DNA from: Candidatus Thorarchaeota archaeon
GTDB taxonomy: Archaea > Asgardarchaeota > Thorarchaeia > Thorarchaeales > Thorarchaeaceae
Assembly: GCA_016839605.1 (NCBI GenBank)
Contig: JAEOTX010000039.1
Coordinates: 32,001-96,000 of the forward strand
Direction: 5' to 3'
Length of the DNA stretch: 64,000 bases
A program made the position numbers and the translations under genes. Positions 26,626-36,913 of the stretch are shown here, in pieces. A model generated the notes under the pieces. That model was not told where the DNA came from, did no database searches, and saw only the letters and a program-made list of their open reading frames with translations. Position 1 is the first letter of the stretch. Every line of letters begins with the position of its first letter.

Positions 26626-27270
26626 TTAGCCATCTGCCATTTGCTCTAGGAATTCGGACAGATGGGACTCGGCTGAACTCAGGTGGTTCATATAGAAATG
26701 ACCTTCTCCCTCGAGTGCTATAGTTCGAACTTTTTTGCTGCCCAGCCTCTTTGCCAAAACCTGCATGTCATTGAAAGAGACCATGGTATCGTGGCTTCCA
26801 TGGAACATCAACGTTGGACAGTGAACATCAGCTAGAGAATCAAGGCGCTCATCCTCCTCTTGAGCCAAGTCAAACGACGCGCTGAATGTGACCAAGAAGG
26901 CTGCTTCAGTCTCTGATGCGAGATGAAGAGCCACAGAACCGCCAAATGAGTAACCCAAAATTCCTATGCGCTTCTGTTGTGTTTCACCAAGAAGCGTACG
27001 AGCTGCTGCTCGAGCATCTTGGATGGCACCTGGAATGCCCTGATAATCATGTGGTGATTTGGCACCACGGAAGTCAAATCGCATTGTAACATAGTCACGG
27101 TCCAGTAGAATTCGATCAATGTGCCTAACGACGCGGTCCTCTCTACTACCCCCGTATAGAGGGTGAGGATGAAGGATGAGAGCTGCTTTATGAGATTCCG
27201 GAGTAGGTGTGCTTAAAATTCCGACAAGTCGATCATCATCTACGGCAAATTCTATCTCATCATAGCGCAT
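26626..27270 (-). CDS. alpha/beta hydrolase (COG2945-like)
   Basis: HPHPLYGG, RFDFRG, GYSFG nucleophile elbow, HGSHD, GHF. Confidence 0.9.
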   Translation of the reverse strand: MRYDEIEFAVDDDRLVGILSTPTPESHKAALILHPHPLYGGSREDRVVRHIDRILLDRDYVTMRFDFRGAKSPHDYQGIPGAIQDARAAARTLLGETQQKRIGILGYSFGGSVALHLASETEAAFLVTFSASFDLAQEEDERLDSLADVHCPTLMFHGSHDTMVSFNDMQVLAKRLGSKKVRTIALEGEGHFYMNHLSSAESHLSEFLEQMADG

Positions 27271-27476
27271 TCTGATTTCTCCGCATATTAGAAGTGCTAG
27301 GCTTCAAAGACGAAACGGGTCGCGTTATATATTGCTTGGGAGCAATGAGATTTGCGATACTTGTCGTAGCTTTGCTGAGCCAAAAACTGACTGAACTTGA
27401 GAGTCGAATCTTTTGAAATACCTACGTAGGTCAAGTTTAAGACTCACATAAATCAACCATTCACCGGCGATTTGGA

Positions 27477-28493
27477 ATGAAGACTCTTGACAGTATCGAC
27501 AAAACAAGCATGCGTGACATGACAGCTAAATTCCCATCCATGCTCAGACTCGATGTATTTCCTGAGTCCATACGTTACGAAGCTGAGAAAGTCAAGCTCA
27601 AAGGTGTTGGAGGCATCTGCATAACCGGAATGGGAGGGAGCGGGATTGCTGGGGAGATATGCAAAGCCCTAATGGCAGATGTATCGGAAATTCCAATCGT
27701 CAGTAATCGAGAGTACTCGCTGCCTCGCCACGTCACCAAGGAGTGGGTAGTGATTGCCGTTAGCTACTCTGGTGAAACTGAAGAAACACTCTCCGCATTT
27801 GACGTAGCTAGACATCGGGGTTGCAGGACCTTTGCACTGACAACAGGAGGCAGACTTGCAGTTAAGGCAGATGTGAAGAAGACAACAACGCTTCCAGCTG
27901 GTCTACAGCCTCGTGCAGCACTTCCTGTGATCTTTTCAGGTCTGCTCCCTCTTCTGGAACTCCTGATTGGAACTGAAAGGTCGGACTTGATTAGCATTGC
28001 AGATGCACTCGAACGACTTCAACCAGACTGGAATGGAGCGTCTTTGATGCCAGAGGAGTTGGCGGCCGAGCTCCAGAACAAGATTCCATGGTTCATAGGA
28101 TGGAAACATCTAGTTCCAGTTGCCTATCGGGCAAAATGTCAATTCAATGAGAACTCAAAGATTTTTGCGTCAAGCTCTGAGATTCCAGAGATTTATCATA
28201 ATGAAATCGAAGGTACGCTCTCCTGCAGAAATCATCCCGTTTCACCAGTTTTCCTGAGAAGCAGAGAAGAGGATGAGAAAACGAGAAATGGGTTCGAATC
28301 CGCAGCCGCAATCTTCGAGGAGAATGGCTGCCATCCGGAACATCTGAATTTCAGATTTGACTCAAGAATCGAGGAGGCCCTTGGATTCACCATGTACTTG
28401 GACAGGGTATCAGTGATGTTAGCAGAAATCCTTGGAGTTGATCCATTATCTGTTGAGAGAATTGCACAGCTGAAGAGAAGGCTTAGGGACTGA
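27477..28493 (+). CDS. bifunctional phosphoglucose/phosphomannose isomerase (SIS domain)
   Basis: GMGGSG, SYSGETEET, QPRAA, QFNENSK, PE..HNEI. Confidence 0.92.
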   Translation: MKTLDSIDKTSMRDMTAKFPSMLRLDVFPESIRYEAEKVKLKGVGGICITGMGGSGIAGEICKALMADVSEIPIVSNREYSLPRHVTKEWVVIAVSYSGETEETLSAFDVARHRGCRTFALTTGGRLAVKADVKKTTTLPAGLQPRAALPVIFSGLLPLLELLIGTERSDLISIADALERLQPDWNGASLMPEELAAELQNKIPWFIGWKHLVPVAYRAKCQFNENSKIFASSSEIPEIYHNEIEGTLSCRNHPVSPVFLRSREEDEKTRNGFESAAAIFEENGCHPEHLNFRFDSRIEEALGFTMYLDRVSVMLAEILGVDPLSVERIAQLKRRLRD

Positions 28494-28601
28494 CTTGCTG
28501 TACATTCTGAAGAAGAGGCACAACAGAGTGGGAGAATCCCAGAGTTACCCAGCGATTTAATATAACTGCAGAAATATCCGAAATGAAGGCAAAACTGAGA
28601 G

Positions 28602-29204
28602 TTAGAGAAGAGTAACTCCTTCATAGACGAAACCGATTGTGCGTCTATACGTGGATGATGAACTCATCACAGAATAGGTGTAGCGTACTGTAAGACTCCA
28701 AGTCCAGTTTGCTGAATTGTACGCACCAAATAATACGTCTTTGTCATTATCATTTGTGATATCACTTCTTATTGTGTGATTCTTATCGTAGCCTGCGTCC
28801 AAAGGCTCTTGTTCAAAACGAAATTCCCTTAGGAATGTGCCGTATGTTATTGATTGTTGGTTCAATAGCACTAAGATCCGAATAGAAGCAAGATGTGCGT
28901 CCCCATTTACATTATCTGGAGCTTTGAAATTAAGGACAAATGAGATGCGGGGATTCATGCTATAATTAGTCGGATCAAAATTGGAAACACTAGTATCAGC
29001 AACATCGACTTCCAGGAATTCTGCAAGTGCGACGCTGTCGCCGTAATATCTTGCATTGCCTGCCAGAAGAGCTGCGCTGAACAGACCTGCAGCTATGACT
29101 GTAATTATAATCAAGTCTTGGATTCTTCGACTCTTAAGCATCTGGCTGCACCGTTCCTCCCGAGCGTTCAGCTCAATATCTCCCTTGCGCTTCAGGCATA
29201 TCAA
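28602..29204 (-). CDS. membrane-anchored beta-rich hypothetical protein
   Basis: One N-terminal TM helix then a beta-rich region; start uncertain (ATG at 29141 possible). Confidence 0.65.
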   Translation of the reverse strand: MICLKRKGDIELNAREERCSQMLKSRRIQDLIIITVIAAGLFSAALLAGNARYYGDSVALAEFLEVDVADTSVSNFDPTNYSMNPRISFVLNFKAPDNVNGDAHLASIRILVLLNQQSITYGTFLREFRFEQEPLDAGYDKNHTIRSDITNDNDKDVLFGAYNSANWTWSLTVRYTYSVMSSSSTYRRTIGFVYEGVTLL

Positions 29205-29210
29205 ATCTAC

Positions 29211-30086
29211 CTATCCAACAGATGGAAGATAGGCCAATATATGAATCAACCAAGGATAGATAGCCAACAGCGCAGGAATAGTAATGCCAGGGAGTGGCTC
29301 ATGCTCATTTAGAAATACTGTTACATTAATAATCACGACTAAAACAGCAAGAGCAACGGACGCTGCCCAAACATATAACGGAAAATATAGCAAGGCGTGA
29401 GTAGATATCATGGAGAAAGCAACAAAGTCACCTGCTCCGACTGCAATGCTTTGAGATTGGATTCTGGTATAGTCGAAAGGATCTGAACCTACCCTCTCAC
29501 TCATCTGGTTGGCCTTTGCGGCAGGTGAGAACCTTATGAGCAAGTAGTCCTCGACTACGAGAGATAAAATCAATACCATCATGCTTGAGGTGACAAAAGC
29601 GACTCCGAGAAAGGTTCCAAAGGTACTTCCATAGAATGCAGCAAAAAGATTCCTCATGAGTGGCGGTATTGCATCTATCAGAATGAACACAATGGAAAAC
29701 ATGAACACGGCGAGTGAGCCTAATGAAATGATGCTTGGTAAGATTGTGTTTGATGTACCCTTGAAAAGGATGAGAAGCAGAGACTGCCCCAAGACGAAGA
29801 ACACTAGCGAGAGAATGGGGGAAACAATGAAGGCAACCATGAGTCTCCGGCCTCGAGCTGATCTTCTCTCTAGCATCCAGAAAAGTGATAGAACTATTAA
29901 AGACCCTAGGCAAATGGAGATGAGTGCCTGAATAACCAGCTCAGCTGCTGTGTAGCTTCTGGCAGCGCTCGAGATAACATCACTGAAGAGGGAGTTCCCA
30001 AGAATAGTAAATCCCATGATTGACCCGATTAAAAGAGGCAAAATCGAAACTACTATGAGCATTCCTCGAGATCTATCAAGCTTCAT
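29211..30086 (-). CDS. presenilin/SPP-like GxGD intramembrane protease homolog
   Basis: About 9 TM; TM Asp in VVEDYLL; GAGD (GxGD); PLPG (PAL-like) near C-terminus. Confidence 0.65.
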   Translation of the reverse strand: MKLDRSRGMLIVVSILPLLIGSIMGFTILGNSLFSDVISSAARSYTAAELVIQALISICLGSLIVLSLFWMLERRSARGRRLMVAFIVSPILSLVFFVLGQSLLLILFKGTSNTILPSIISLGSLAVFMFSIVFILIDAIPPLMRNLFAAFYGSTFGTFLGVAFVTSSMMVLILSLVVEDYLLIRFSPAAKANQMSERVGSDPFDYTRIQSQSIAVGAGDFVAFSMISTHALLYFPLYVWAASVALAVLVVIINVTVFLNEHEPLPGITIPALLAIYPWLIHILAYLPSVG

Positions 30087-30173
30087 CAGAGATTCTGGTC
30101 AAGCAAGGAGTCCTCTTTTAAATGGAGTCTGATTCGCGCAAATCCAAATCGGACTTGAGTATCGAGTCATGTC

Positions 30174-30206
30174 AAAAAAAGAGGGGGGTGGGGACAGTTG
30201 TCCCCA
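30174..30206 (-). terminator. hairpin plus poly-U terminator after the solute-binding protein gene
   Basis: TGGGGACA-gt-TGTCCCCA (30189-30206), then C6-TC-T7 on the minus strand. Confidence 0.7.
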
Positions 30207-30216
30207 ATTGATTAGA

Positions 30217-32115
30217 TTACTTCTGCCTGAGAAGCACGAAGCCACCGACTAGGATGACCACTGCAGCACCAACAGCGCCTCCAACAATCGCCAGTGTAGG
30301 ATCGAATGGCGGCGGGGGTGGAGGTGCAGTTGTGGTAGTAGTAGGCTCTGTCGTTGTGGTAGGCTCTGGATGATCAATCCCATATGCCCAATCCCTGCGG
30401 GTCAGCTCGGTGAACTCAGCGTCGATGTATTCCGTCACAGTGAACGGACCTGGTACGACGTACGGATCACCACCCTTGATTGGGTCCCATTCATTCCATC
30501 CTTCCAAGCCATAGGGCTCAATGACATGCTGTGGCAGTGGGAATGTCCTAAATGCTACATTCTCAAAGTTCCAGAATGACTCAGTGTCCAACTCAACTAC
30601 GAACTGGAATGGTGCGGCTGCGTATGCAGCTGTCATGGACTGAATAGTGGCGCTAGCGCCATTGGGATTGCCGTATGCTAGACCGTCCTTGAAGTAGTTG
30701 AAAGTAAAGGCGAAGTCTTCAGCAGTGATTAGATGGCCGTCACTAAAGGTTGCATTCTGTATTAAGTTGAATACAAACCTGTGGTTGCCCACTGGTACTA
30801 CGTCAGGATGGGTATCGTGGGTTTGAATCTCCCAAGACTCTGCCCAAACTCCGACATACTCGGCGTTCTCATCCTTTTCAACCAGACCTGGCCACATCTC
30901 GAAGAGAATGGCCCAGGTGTAGTAACCAACACCCGACATTGTGTTGAAGCTGTCAATGTCTATGGAGGAACTCACATAGAAGGTACCGCCATAAGGTCCG
31001 CCCTGGGATTCCTTCAGGTGTACTTTCATGCTGGTCCAGAAGTTTGGAACGTTTGCACCTAGCTGTGCAACGTGGCCCTCCCACTTGTCTGTTCTGATGG
31101 CAGAAAAGGCCTTGTTGTTGTAGGCAGTGACTCTAGGACATTCGTAATGGAGAATCTCCTGCATCTGATGAGCTGTGGAAAGCACCGTTGCCTCATCTTT
31201 GGCAGTAAGGAAAGTGTCCATTAGAGCGTCGAAAGTGGCGTTTCTGAAATTCGGTGAGTTGTAATAGTCTACACCATAATACCCACCGTAGAAGTCGCCG
31301 TACAGGTGATACACAGCGTTGAAGAAGTCCTCTCTAAAGCTGTATCCATAGAAGGTCACCCACCAATCTGGATCATGGAAGTTCAGACGACTCACATACT
31401 GATAGAAGTCGGTCATTAAGGGTTCAGCCTCAATGCCGATAGCACTGAAAGCACCGGCACCGATTATTGCAGCCTGACTTGACTGGAAATCTGCGCCGTG
31501 ACCAGCAACCTGGACAATACCGATTTCTGAACCATCAGGATTCTCACGCCAACCATCAGCATCGACATCAAGAAGTCCCGCTGCATCTAGTAGGTCGTTA
31601 GCAATGTCTAGATTCTCTTCATAGTAGTAATATGTGAATTCTTCTTCAGCAGTCCAAGGTCCTGGGGGAACATTAGCGTCCCATGGCCGCGACTCACCGG
31701 CCCAGAGCACCTCAGAAATCTCGTACTTATCCAATGCATATGCATAGGCCCTTCGTACACTGGTTATATTGAGGGGGTACCTGTCACAGTTGAATTCATA
31801 GAAGCCAAAACCATTTCTCCAGTCGCCAAATGCTTCCACGTCTTCCGCCGCTGTGAGCTGAGGCAAATAGGTTGTATCAATTGATGACTCCCAGATCATA
31901 TCTACCTCACCATTGATAAGCGCCAACATCTGTTGCTCGGTATTTGGTTGTACCTTGAACACCATTTTATCAATATATGGACCATTCTTGGCTTCGCTTG
32001 GAAGTCCAGAATATGGTAATGTTTGCGCTGTAGCAAAAATCGGCGAAATAGACATGAAAAGAAAGGATCCAACAAAGAAAATAGCAAAAGCTACTCTTAT
32101 TCGATTACTTAACAT
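30217..32115 (-). CDS. oppA: ABC peptide/nickel transporter substrate-binding protein (family 5) with Pro/Thr linker and C-terminal TM anchor
   Basis: Signal peptide, VRRAYAYALD, FSDG.LITAEDF.FT, PEPTTTT...PPPPPP and TM; ATG at 32115 after GGAG. Confidence 0.85.
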   Translation of the reverse strand: MLSNRIRVAFAIFFVGSFLFMSISPIFATAQTLPYSGLPSEAKNGPYIDKMVFKVQPNTEQQMLALINGEVDMIWESSIDTTYLPQLTAAEDVEAFGDWRNGFGFYEFNCDRYPLNITSVRRAYAYALDKYEISEVLWAGESRPWDANVPPGPWTAEEEFTYYYYEENLDIANDLLDAAGLLDVDADGWRENPDGSEIGIVQVAGHGADFQSSQAAIIGAGAFSAIGIEAEPLMTDFYQYVSRLNFHDPDWWVTFYGYSFREDFFNAVYHLYGDFYGGYYGVDYYNSPNFRNATFDALMDTFLTAKDEATVLSTAHQMQEILHYECPRVTAYNNKAFSAIRTDKWEGHVAQLGANVPNFWTSMKVHLKESQGGPYGGTFYVSSSIDIDSFNTMSGVGYYTWAILFEMWPGLVEKDENAEYVGVWAESWEIQTHDTHPDVVPVGNHRFVFNLIQNATFSDGHLITAEDFAFTFNYFKDGLAYGNPNGASATIQSMTAAYAAAPFQFVVELDTESFWNFENVAFRTFPLPQHVIEPYGLEGWNEWDPIKGGDPYVVPGPFTVTEYIDAEFTELTRRDWAYGIDHPEPTTTTEPTTTTTAPPPPPPFDPTLAIVGGAVGAAVVILVGGFVLLRQK

Positions 32116-32303
32116 GTTATCTCTATCTCCTATCTCCGAGTCGAAATCGGATGGCTCTGGCACTCAAAATGCTGATAAAAGTGTTATGATGTGATGAGTA
32201 ACACTATTAACCTGCAACAGAAATATCAACTAGAATTGTCAAGAGTAATAAAGGATGACACTGCATATCATCCATCCAACTTCTTGATTCGCAGGTCATG
32301 ACC

Positions 32304-33380
32304 CTAGCCGTATTTAATGCGCGGGTCTAGGAACCCATACAAGAGGTCAGCAATAAAGTTCGCCAACACCGCCGTAATTGCGACTATCATGAAGATGGCC
32401 TGAACGACGGGATAGTCCAATAATAATAGGCTGTCGAAGATATACCGTCCAAGGCCAAACCAGTTGAAGACGGTTTCCGTCAGTGTTGCTCCATTAATTA
32501 GGAATCCGAAAGTAATTGCAATTGCTGTTACCATAGGAAGCATTGCGTTCTTCATACCATGCTTGTACAGGACTTGGTTCTCGTCAAGTCCCTTTGCCCT
32601 TGCCGTCAGTATGTAGTCTTCAGTCATTACGTCTATCAGGTTATTTCTCATGTAGAGGAAATATCCACCATAACCGCCTATTCCCAAGGCAATCATCGGG
32701 AGTAGCAGATGGAGAAGGATATCGCCAGCGATTGCTAGAGCACCAAACGGCTGGTCCTTAAAGGCAATCCAGACCTCGTAGCTTATCGTTCCTCCCGAAG
32801 GAAGTCCAATGCCGCCATCGATTAATGTCGAGGTCAAGGCTGGCAGCATATACGCGAAGAAGAATAGTAGTATCATTCCCAGCCAGAAGACGGGAAGGGA
32901 AAAGGTGAACAAGGCCATTGTGACAGCCCCGACGTCCTTCCGTGAGCCAGGATCTCCCGCTGCTTTGACACCAGTCCAAATCCCTAGAATAATTGCAACT
33001 ATCGAGGACGTACCCATTAGAAGTAGTGTATTGGGCAAACGAGCCATAATCTCATCTATCACAGGCCTCTGACTTTGAAATGAAAAACCGAAGTCTCCGC
33101 TGAACATGTTCACAATATACCGCCAGAACATGTAGATCCAATCAAAGATGTCTGGATCTGGAACTAGTCCATAGTTCTGATAGAGCAATTGAAGCGATTC
33201 ATATGGCATTGTAGCCCTTTGCTCCGGGGCTATCATGAGGTCCAGCGGGCTAACACCAAACAGAAAGGTTGGAAGTCTGAATATGAAGAAATTGAAGCAG
33301 ATAACAGCTACTATGAGAAGAAACACGTAGATAGTTCTTCTAATCACGTACTCTCGTAGGCCCATCGGTAGACTCTCCAC
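32304..33380 (-). CDS. oppB: ABC peptide transporter permease B
   Basis: GDFGFSF, RLPNTL, SLPVFWLG, EDYILTARAKGL, ETVFNWFGLG, LDPRI. Confidence 0.92.
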   Translation of the reverse strand: MESLPMGLREYVIRRTIYVFLLIVAVICFNFFIFRLPTFLFGVSPLDLMIAPEQRATMPYESLQLLYQNYGLVPDPDIFDWIYMFWRYIVNMFSGDFGFSFQSQRPVIDEIMARLPNTLLLMGTSSIVAIILGIWTGVKAAGDPGSRKDVGAVTMALFTFSLPVFWLGMILLFFFAYMLPALTSTLIDGGIGLPSGGTISYEVWIAFKDQPFGALAIAGDILLHLLLPMIALGIGGYGGYFLYMRNNLIDVMTEDYILTARAKGLDENQVLYKHGMKNAMLPMVTAIAITFGFLINGATLTETVFNWFGLGRYIFDSLLLLDYPVVQAIFMIVAITAVLANFIADLLYGFLDPRIKYG

Positions 33381-33479
33381 AGTCCTGTTTGGTAGTACCT
33401 AGCTTCACTAAGTACTAGGCTGCTTGGTAGTACAGAACTCGCTTCCTAATAAAGATGATGTTCAAAGAGTTCTGAAAAG

Positions 33480-33512
33480 GATGAGAGAAAGAGGCTTAGG
33501 TGCCTCTTCCTC
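33480..33512 (-). terminator. possible hairpin terminator after oppC
   Basis: AAGAGGC-ttaggt-GCCTCTT (33489-33508), followed by a pyrimidine-rich tract on the minus strand. Confidence 0.4.
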
Positions 33513-33520
33513 AATATTGT

Positions 33521-35101
33521 TTATCTCTCTCGTAATCTTGGATTTAACACCTGATCCAATGTGTGGCCAATGAAGGTGAATGCTAGACTAATTGCGGTTA
33601 TCATCAGTCCCGGAAATATCACCACCCACCATGCACCATTTCCGAAGGCACCGCCGATCTGAGCATCTGCCAACATCCGACCCCAGCTTGGTTCACTAGG
33701 ATCAGTCAGGCCAAGGAACGAAAGCGCAGACTCGGACAGAATAGCTGCTACTACGCCCAAAGTAACATCAGCGAATAGGAGCGGTGTCACATTAGGCAGA
33801 ATGTGCTTGAAGATGATATACGTGTCTGTGGCTCCAATCGCACGTGCAGCCTCCACGTAGCTCTTGTTCTTCTCGGCCAATACTTGAGACCGGATTAGTC
33901 GCGAGGTTCCTGTCCATCCTAGAATCACTATCACTATAATTATGGTGTCTACTGATGGACCCAAGAACGCCGCGAGGACCATAAGAAGTGGTAAGCGCGG
34001 TATGACCAAAAGGAAGTCCACTACACGCATGGTGACTTCGTCAACCTTCCCACCAAAGTAACCTGATATCATCCCAACGGCAACGCCTACTGCAGTGGAC
34101 AGGGAAGCGGCAACAAGACCAATGTACAATGAGATTCTTGAACCAAATAGCAACTGACTCCAAGCGTCAGCCCCTTTGTCTGTTGTGCCAAGTATTCCAA
34201 AGTAATCGCCGAAAGCTACACACTCCATATGTGTGATGGTCGCCGTCACCGAACCGTTGTAGTATGTCCATGGCTCTGGACCTGATGCGGAGCTTGTAAA
34301 CAAATATGTAGGTGCGATGCCAACAGCGACTGTAAGGCGGTCAGTTGGATCCTCCTGCCCATCACCTTCATCTATCATGCCGTCCCAGCCCTCCACTATA
34401 TCAAGGAAACCGAGGTCAACGGGCCTATCAACGTGACTTCCCGTATAGGGGGGCACAGAGTCGAAGATTCTTGTCCAATTGCCAGAAGAATCAATTACCC
34501 AGAGCATTAACTCGAACATCTTGCCACCATACTCGTTAGTAAGAAAGTCCCCTGTTGTCACTATATTGTAGCTAACAGTAATGTTCACATCTTTTGGAAG
34601 ACGCTCATATTCCCACGTAAACGTCTGGGCGTAGTAGATAAAGTCCAGTGTGTCGGGTAAATCCCCGTTGGGATCTGGAGGCGATCGGAATTCAATGCTT
34701 GTGTTAGCAATATGTGTCCATTCGAAGGTCACATTGCTATTCTCAGCCGGTGAAGCCGCAAAGTTCCGTGCACCAGTGAATTCTCCTGAGCTGCCCTCAA
34801 CGACTATCTCACCAATTGAATCAGAGTCCAGATTCGGATCTAGCAGATAGTTCTTAGTGACTACTCCCGTGGGGTCGAAGATTTCCGTCCACTGTGGCGC
34901 CATGAATCTTGGGCCAACCTTGATAGACGGGGATGGGTCGTGAGTGGCAAAGATTGGAGCTCCAACTGCCATGACTACAAATAGGACCAGTGCAAGGACT
35001 CCAATTACTCCTATTCTGTGCTTGCGAAATTCCCGCCAAAATCCAGTGATGCTAATATACCAGCCTGTACCTCTCAAACGTCCTTCTTTTACATCTGACA
35101 A
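33521..35101 (-). CDS. oppC: ABC peptide transporter permease C with large extracytoplasmic insertion
   Basis: LGTTDKGAD.WSQL.FGSRISL, YVEAARAIGA, HILPN, ESALSFLGL, LNPRL; TTG at 35101 after GGAGG preferred over 35164. Confidence 0.9.
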   Translation of the reverse strand: MSDVKEGRLRGTGWYISITGFWREFRKHRIGVIGVLALVLFVVMAVGAPIFATHDPSPSIKVGPRFMAPQWTEIFDPTGVVTKNYLLDPNLDSDSIGEIVVEGSSGEFTGARNFAASPAENSNVTFEWTHIANTSIEFRSPPDPNGDLPDTLDFIYYAQTFTWEYERLPKDVNITVSYNIVTTGDFLTNEYGGKMFELMLWVIDSSGNWTRIFDSVPPYTGSHVDRPVDLGFLDIVEGWDGMIDEGDGQEDPTDRLTVAVGIAPTYLFTSSASGPEPWTYYNGSVTATITHMECVAFGDYFGILGTTDKGADAWSQLLFGSRISLYIGLVAASLSTAVGVAVGMISGYFGGKVDEVTMRVVDFLLVIPRLPLLMVLAAFLGPSVDTIIIVIVILGWTGTSRLIRSQVLAEKNKSYVEAARAIGATDTYIIFKHILPNVTPLLFADVTLGVVAAILSESALSFLGLTDPSEPSWGRMLADAQIGGAFGNGAWWVVIFPGLMITAISLAFTFIGHTLDQVLNPRLRER

Positions 35102-35277
35102 AGGGCAACCTCCGTTACAGGGGCTCAGGAGATACCAGCAATAGAACTGGTGCTCTTGAGTCATTTAATGACTTTGAGGTGCGCTAACGGACCTATAAAA
35201 AAGGCTTCGCTTTCTAGTATATGTTATTAGTTTAACGGAACCAGCAAGAAATAACTCTGGACAAATGACCATAATCG

Positions 35278-35634
35278 CTAGTTGGTTTCATCAAAGGACT
35301 CGCTGAAGGGATCAGGACCAACAATATCATCTTCATCAATCCCCTCCTCGGATATTGTGTCGCCTTGGTCATTCAACCTTGCCTCTCGTTCCTTCATGAT
35401 TTGTTTTGTACGTCTTGCAGAAACCCAGAGATCAGCAAAGACCATTCCCACTAGGAACACTGTGAGTGAGCCAGTAAGAGCGATGACTGTCCCTATGAAT
35501 CTAAAATAGGGATGCGTCAAGTTCAGAAGCAGACCCCCGACCATGAGAATTATCGGAATGAGTAGTATTCGCTTTTTTGGCTCCCTTTTAGTTCTTGGAA
35601 ATGCTTTTACTTCCATAGCGACCATTGACTGCAA
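35278..35634 (-). CDS. small membrane protein
   Basis: Two TM helices and an acidic tail. Confidence 0.65.
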   Translation of the reverse strand: MQSMVAMEVKAFPRTKREPKKRILLIPIILMVGGLLLNLTHPYFRFIGTVIALTGSLTVFLVGMVFADLWVSARRTKQIMKEREARLNDQGDTISEEGIDEDDIVGPDPFSESFDETN

Positions 35635-35916
35635 TCAATTTGGCCCCTTTTACGGTTTTCGAACTATCCTCCCTTTTGAATCGTTTAGCTTCGCTAGGCC
35701 TTTTCTCATCGTATATGTAATAAAAATAAGAATAGTGAGGAAATTTAGTTCCCGGATGTGTTATGCTGGATTTGAGCTTGTGAATGTCATGTATTCATTT
35801 GTACTCTGGTGCTTTTGCCGTTAGGTATTTAAGATGTACACTTGACCCCCCTGATTTAGTAGGGATAGGATTAGATATCCGAGACAAGAATCCGACTCCC
35901 AGCGGAGATAGGAATC

Positions 35917-36906
35917 ATGCCGCTCCTTGACATTAGGAATCTACGGATGTATTATGAAACACAGCAAGGTCTAGTGAAGGCGGTAGATGACGTCTCTCTT
36001 ACCATTGAATTGGGCGAGTCTATTGGACTGGCTGGTGAGAGCGGCTGTGGGAAAAGCAGTCTTGCATACTCCATAATGCAGCTTCTCCCTGTAGCTGCGA
36101 ATATAGTGGGAGGCAACATCTACTTCAAGGGAGAAGACCTGTTGAGCAAGAGCGCAAAAGAAATGCGGGATGTCAGGTGGAAGAATGTCGCAATCGTTTT
36201 CCAAGGTGCGATGAACGCACTGAACCCAGTGTTTGAGATAGGTGAACAGATTGCAGAAGCGATTCTGATGCATGAGAACGTGACTGAAGAAGAGGCGCTC
36301 GATAGATGTGCCAAATTGTTTGAGATGGTTGGTCTTGATGCAAGTAGAATTCATAATTATCCTCATGAGTTCTCAGGTGGAATGCGGCAAAGAGCGATGA
36401 TTGCAATGGCTCTTGCTTGTAATCCGGATTTGGTGATCGCAGATGAGCCTACCACAGCCCTGGATGTTACGATTCAGGCACAGATTCTGAAATTGATGCA
36501 GAAACTGCAGAAAGACCTTGGACTCTCATTAATCCTAATCACTCATGATCTCAGTGTCATTGCGGAAACCTGTGATAAGACAGCTATCATGTACGCGGGT
36601 CAGATTGCTGAGCTAGCCGATGTCGTTTCTGTGTTTAAGGAGCCAATCCACCCATACGCCGCAGGCCTTGTGGGTGCAATTCCAAGTATGATTAAAGCTG
36701 AGAAGAAGAAACTAACATCTATTCCAGGATCGCCACCTAACCTGATAATTCCGCCTACAGGCTGCAGATTCCATCCGCGCTGTCCTTATGCTCAGGACAT
36801 CTGTTCCAGGGAGCAGCCATCATTTGATGAGATTGACCCTGGCAGGTTCGTTTCTTGTCACTTCGCTGAGCAGCTGAAGGGTGAGATCAAAGTAGAGTTG
36901 GAGTAA
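35917..36906 (+). CDS. oppD: ABC peptide transporter ATP-binding protein D
   Basis: [27 protein letters not shown]-terminal CRFHPRC. Confidence 0.95.
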   Translation: MPLLDIRNLRMYYETQQGLVKAVDDVSLTIELGESIGLAGESGCGKSSLAYSIMQLLPVAANIVGGNIYFKGEDLLSKSAKEMRDVRWKNVAIVFQGAMNALNPVFEIGEQIAEAILMHENVTEEEALDRCAKLFEMVGLDASRIHNYPHEFSGGMRQRAMIAMALACNPDLVIADEPTTALDVTIQAQILKLMQKLQKDLGLSLILITHDLSVIAETCDKTAIMYAGQIAELADVVSVFKEPIHPYAAGLVGAIPSMIKAEKKKLTSIPGSPPNLIIPPTGCRFHPRCPYAQDICSREQPSFDEIDPGRFVSCHFAEQLKGEIKVELE

Positions 36907-36913
36907 TGCAAAG

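Noticed and set aside
33390-33435. TGGTAGTAC direct repeat and CCTAG/CTAGG upstream of oppB
   Set aside because: Too short to distinguish from chance without orthologous sequences
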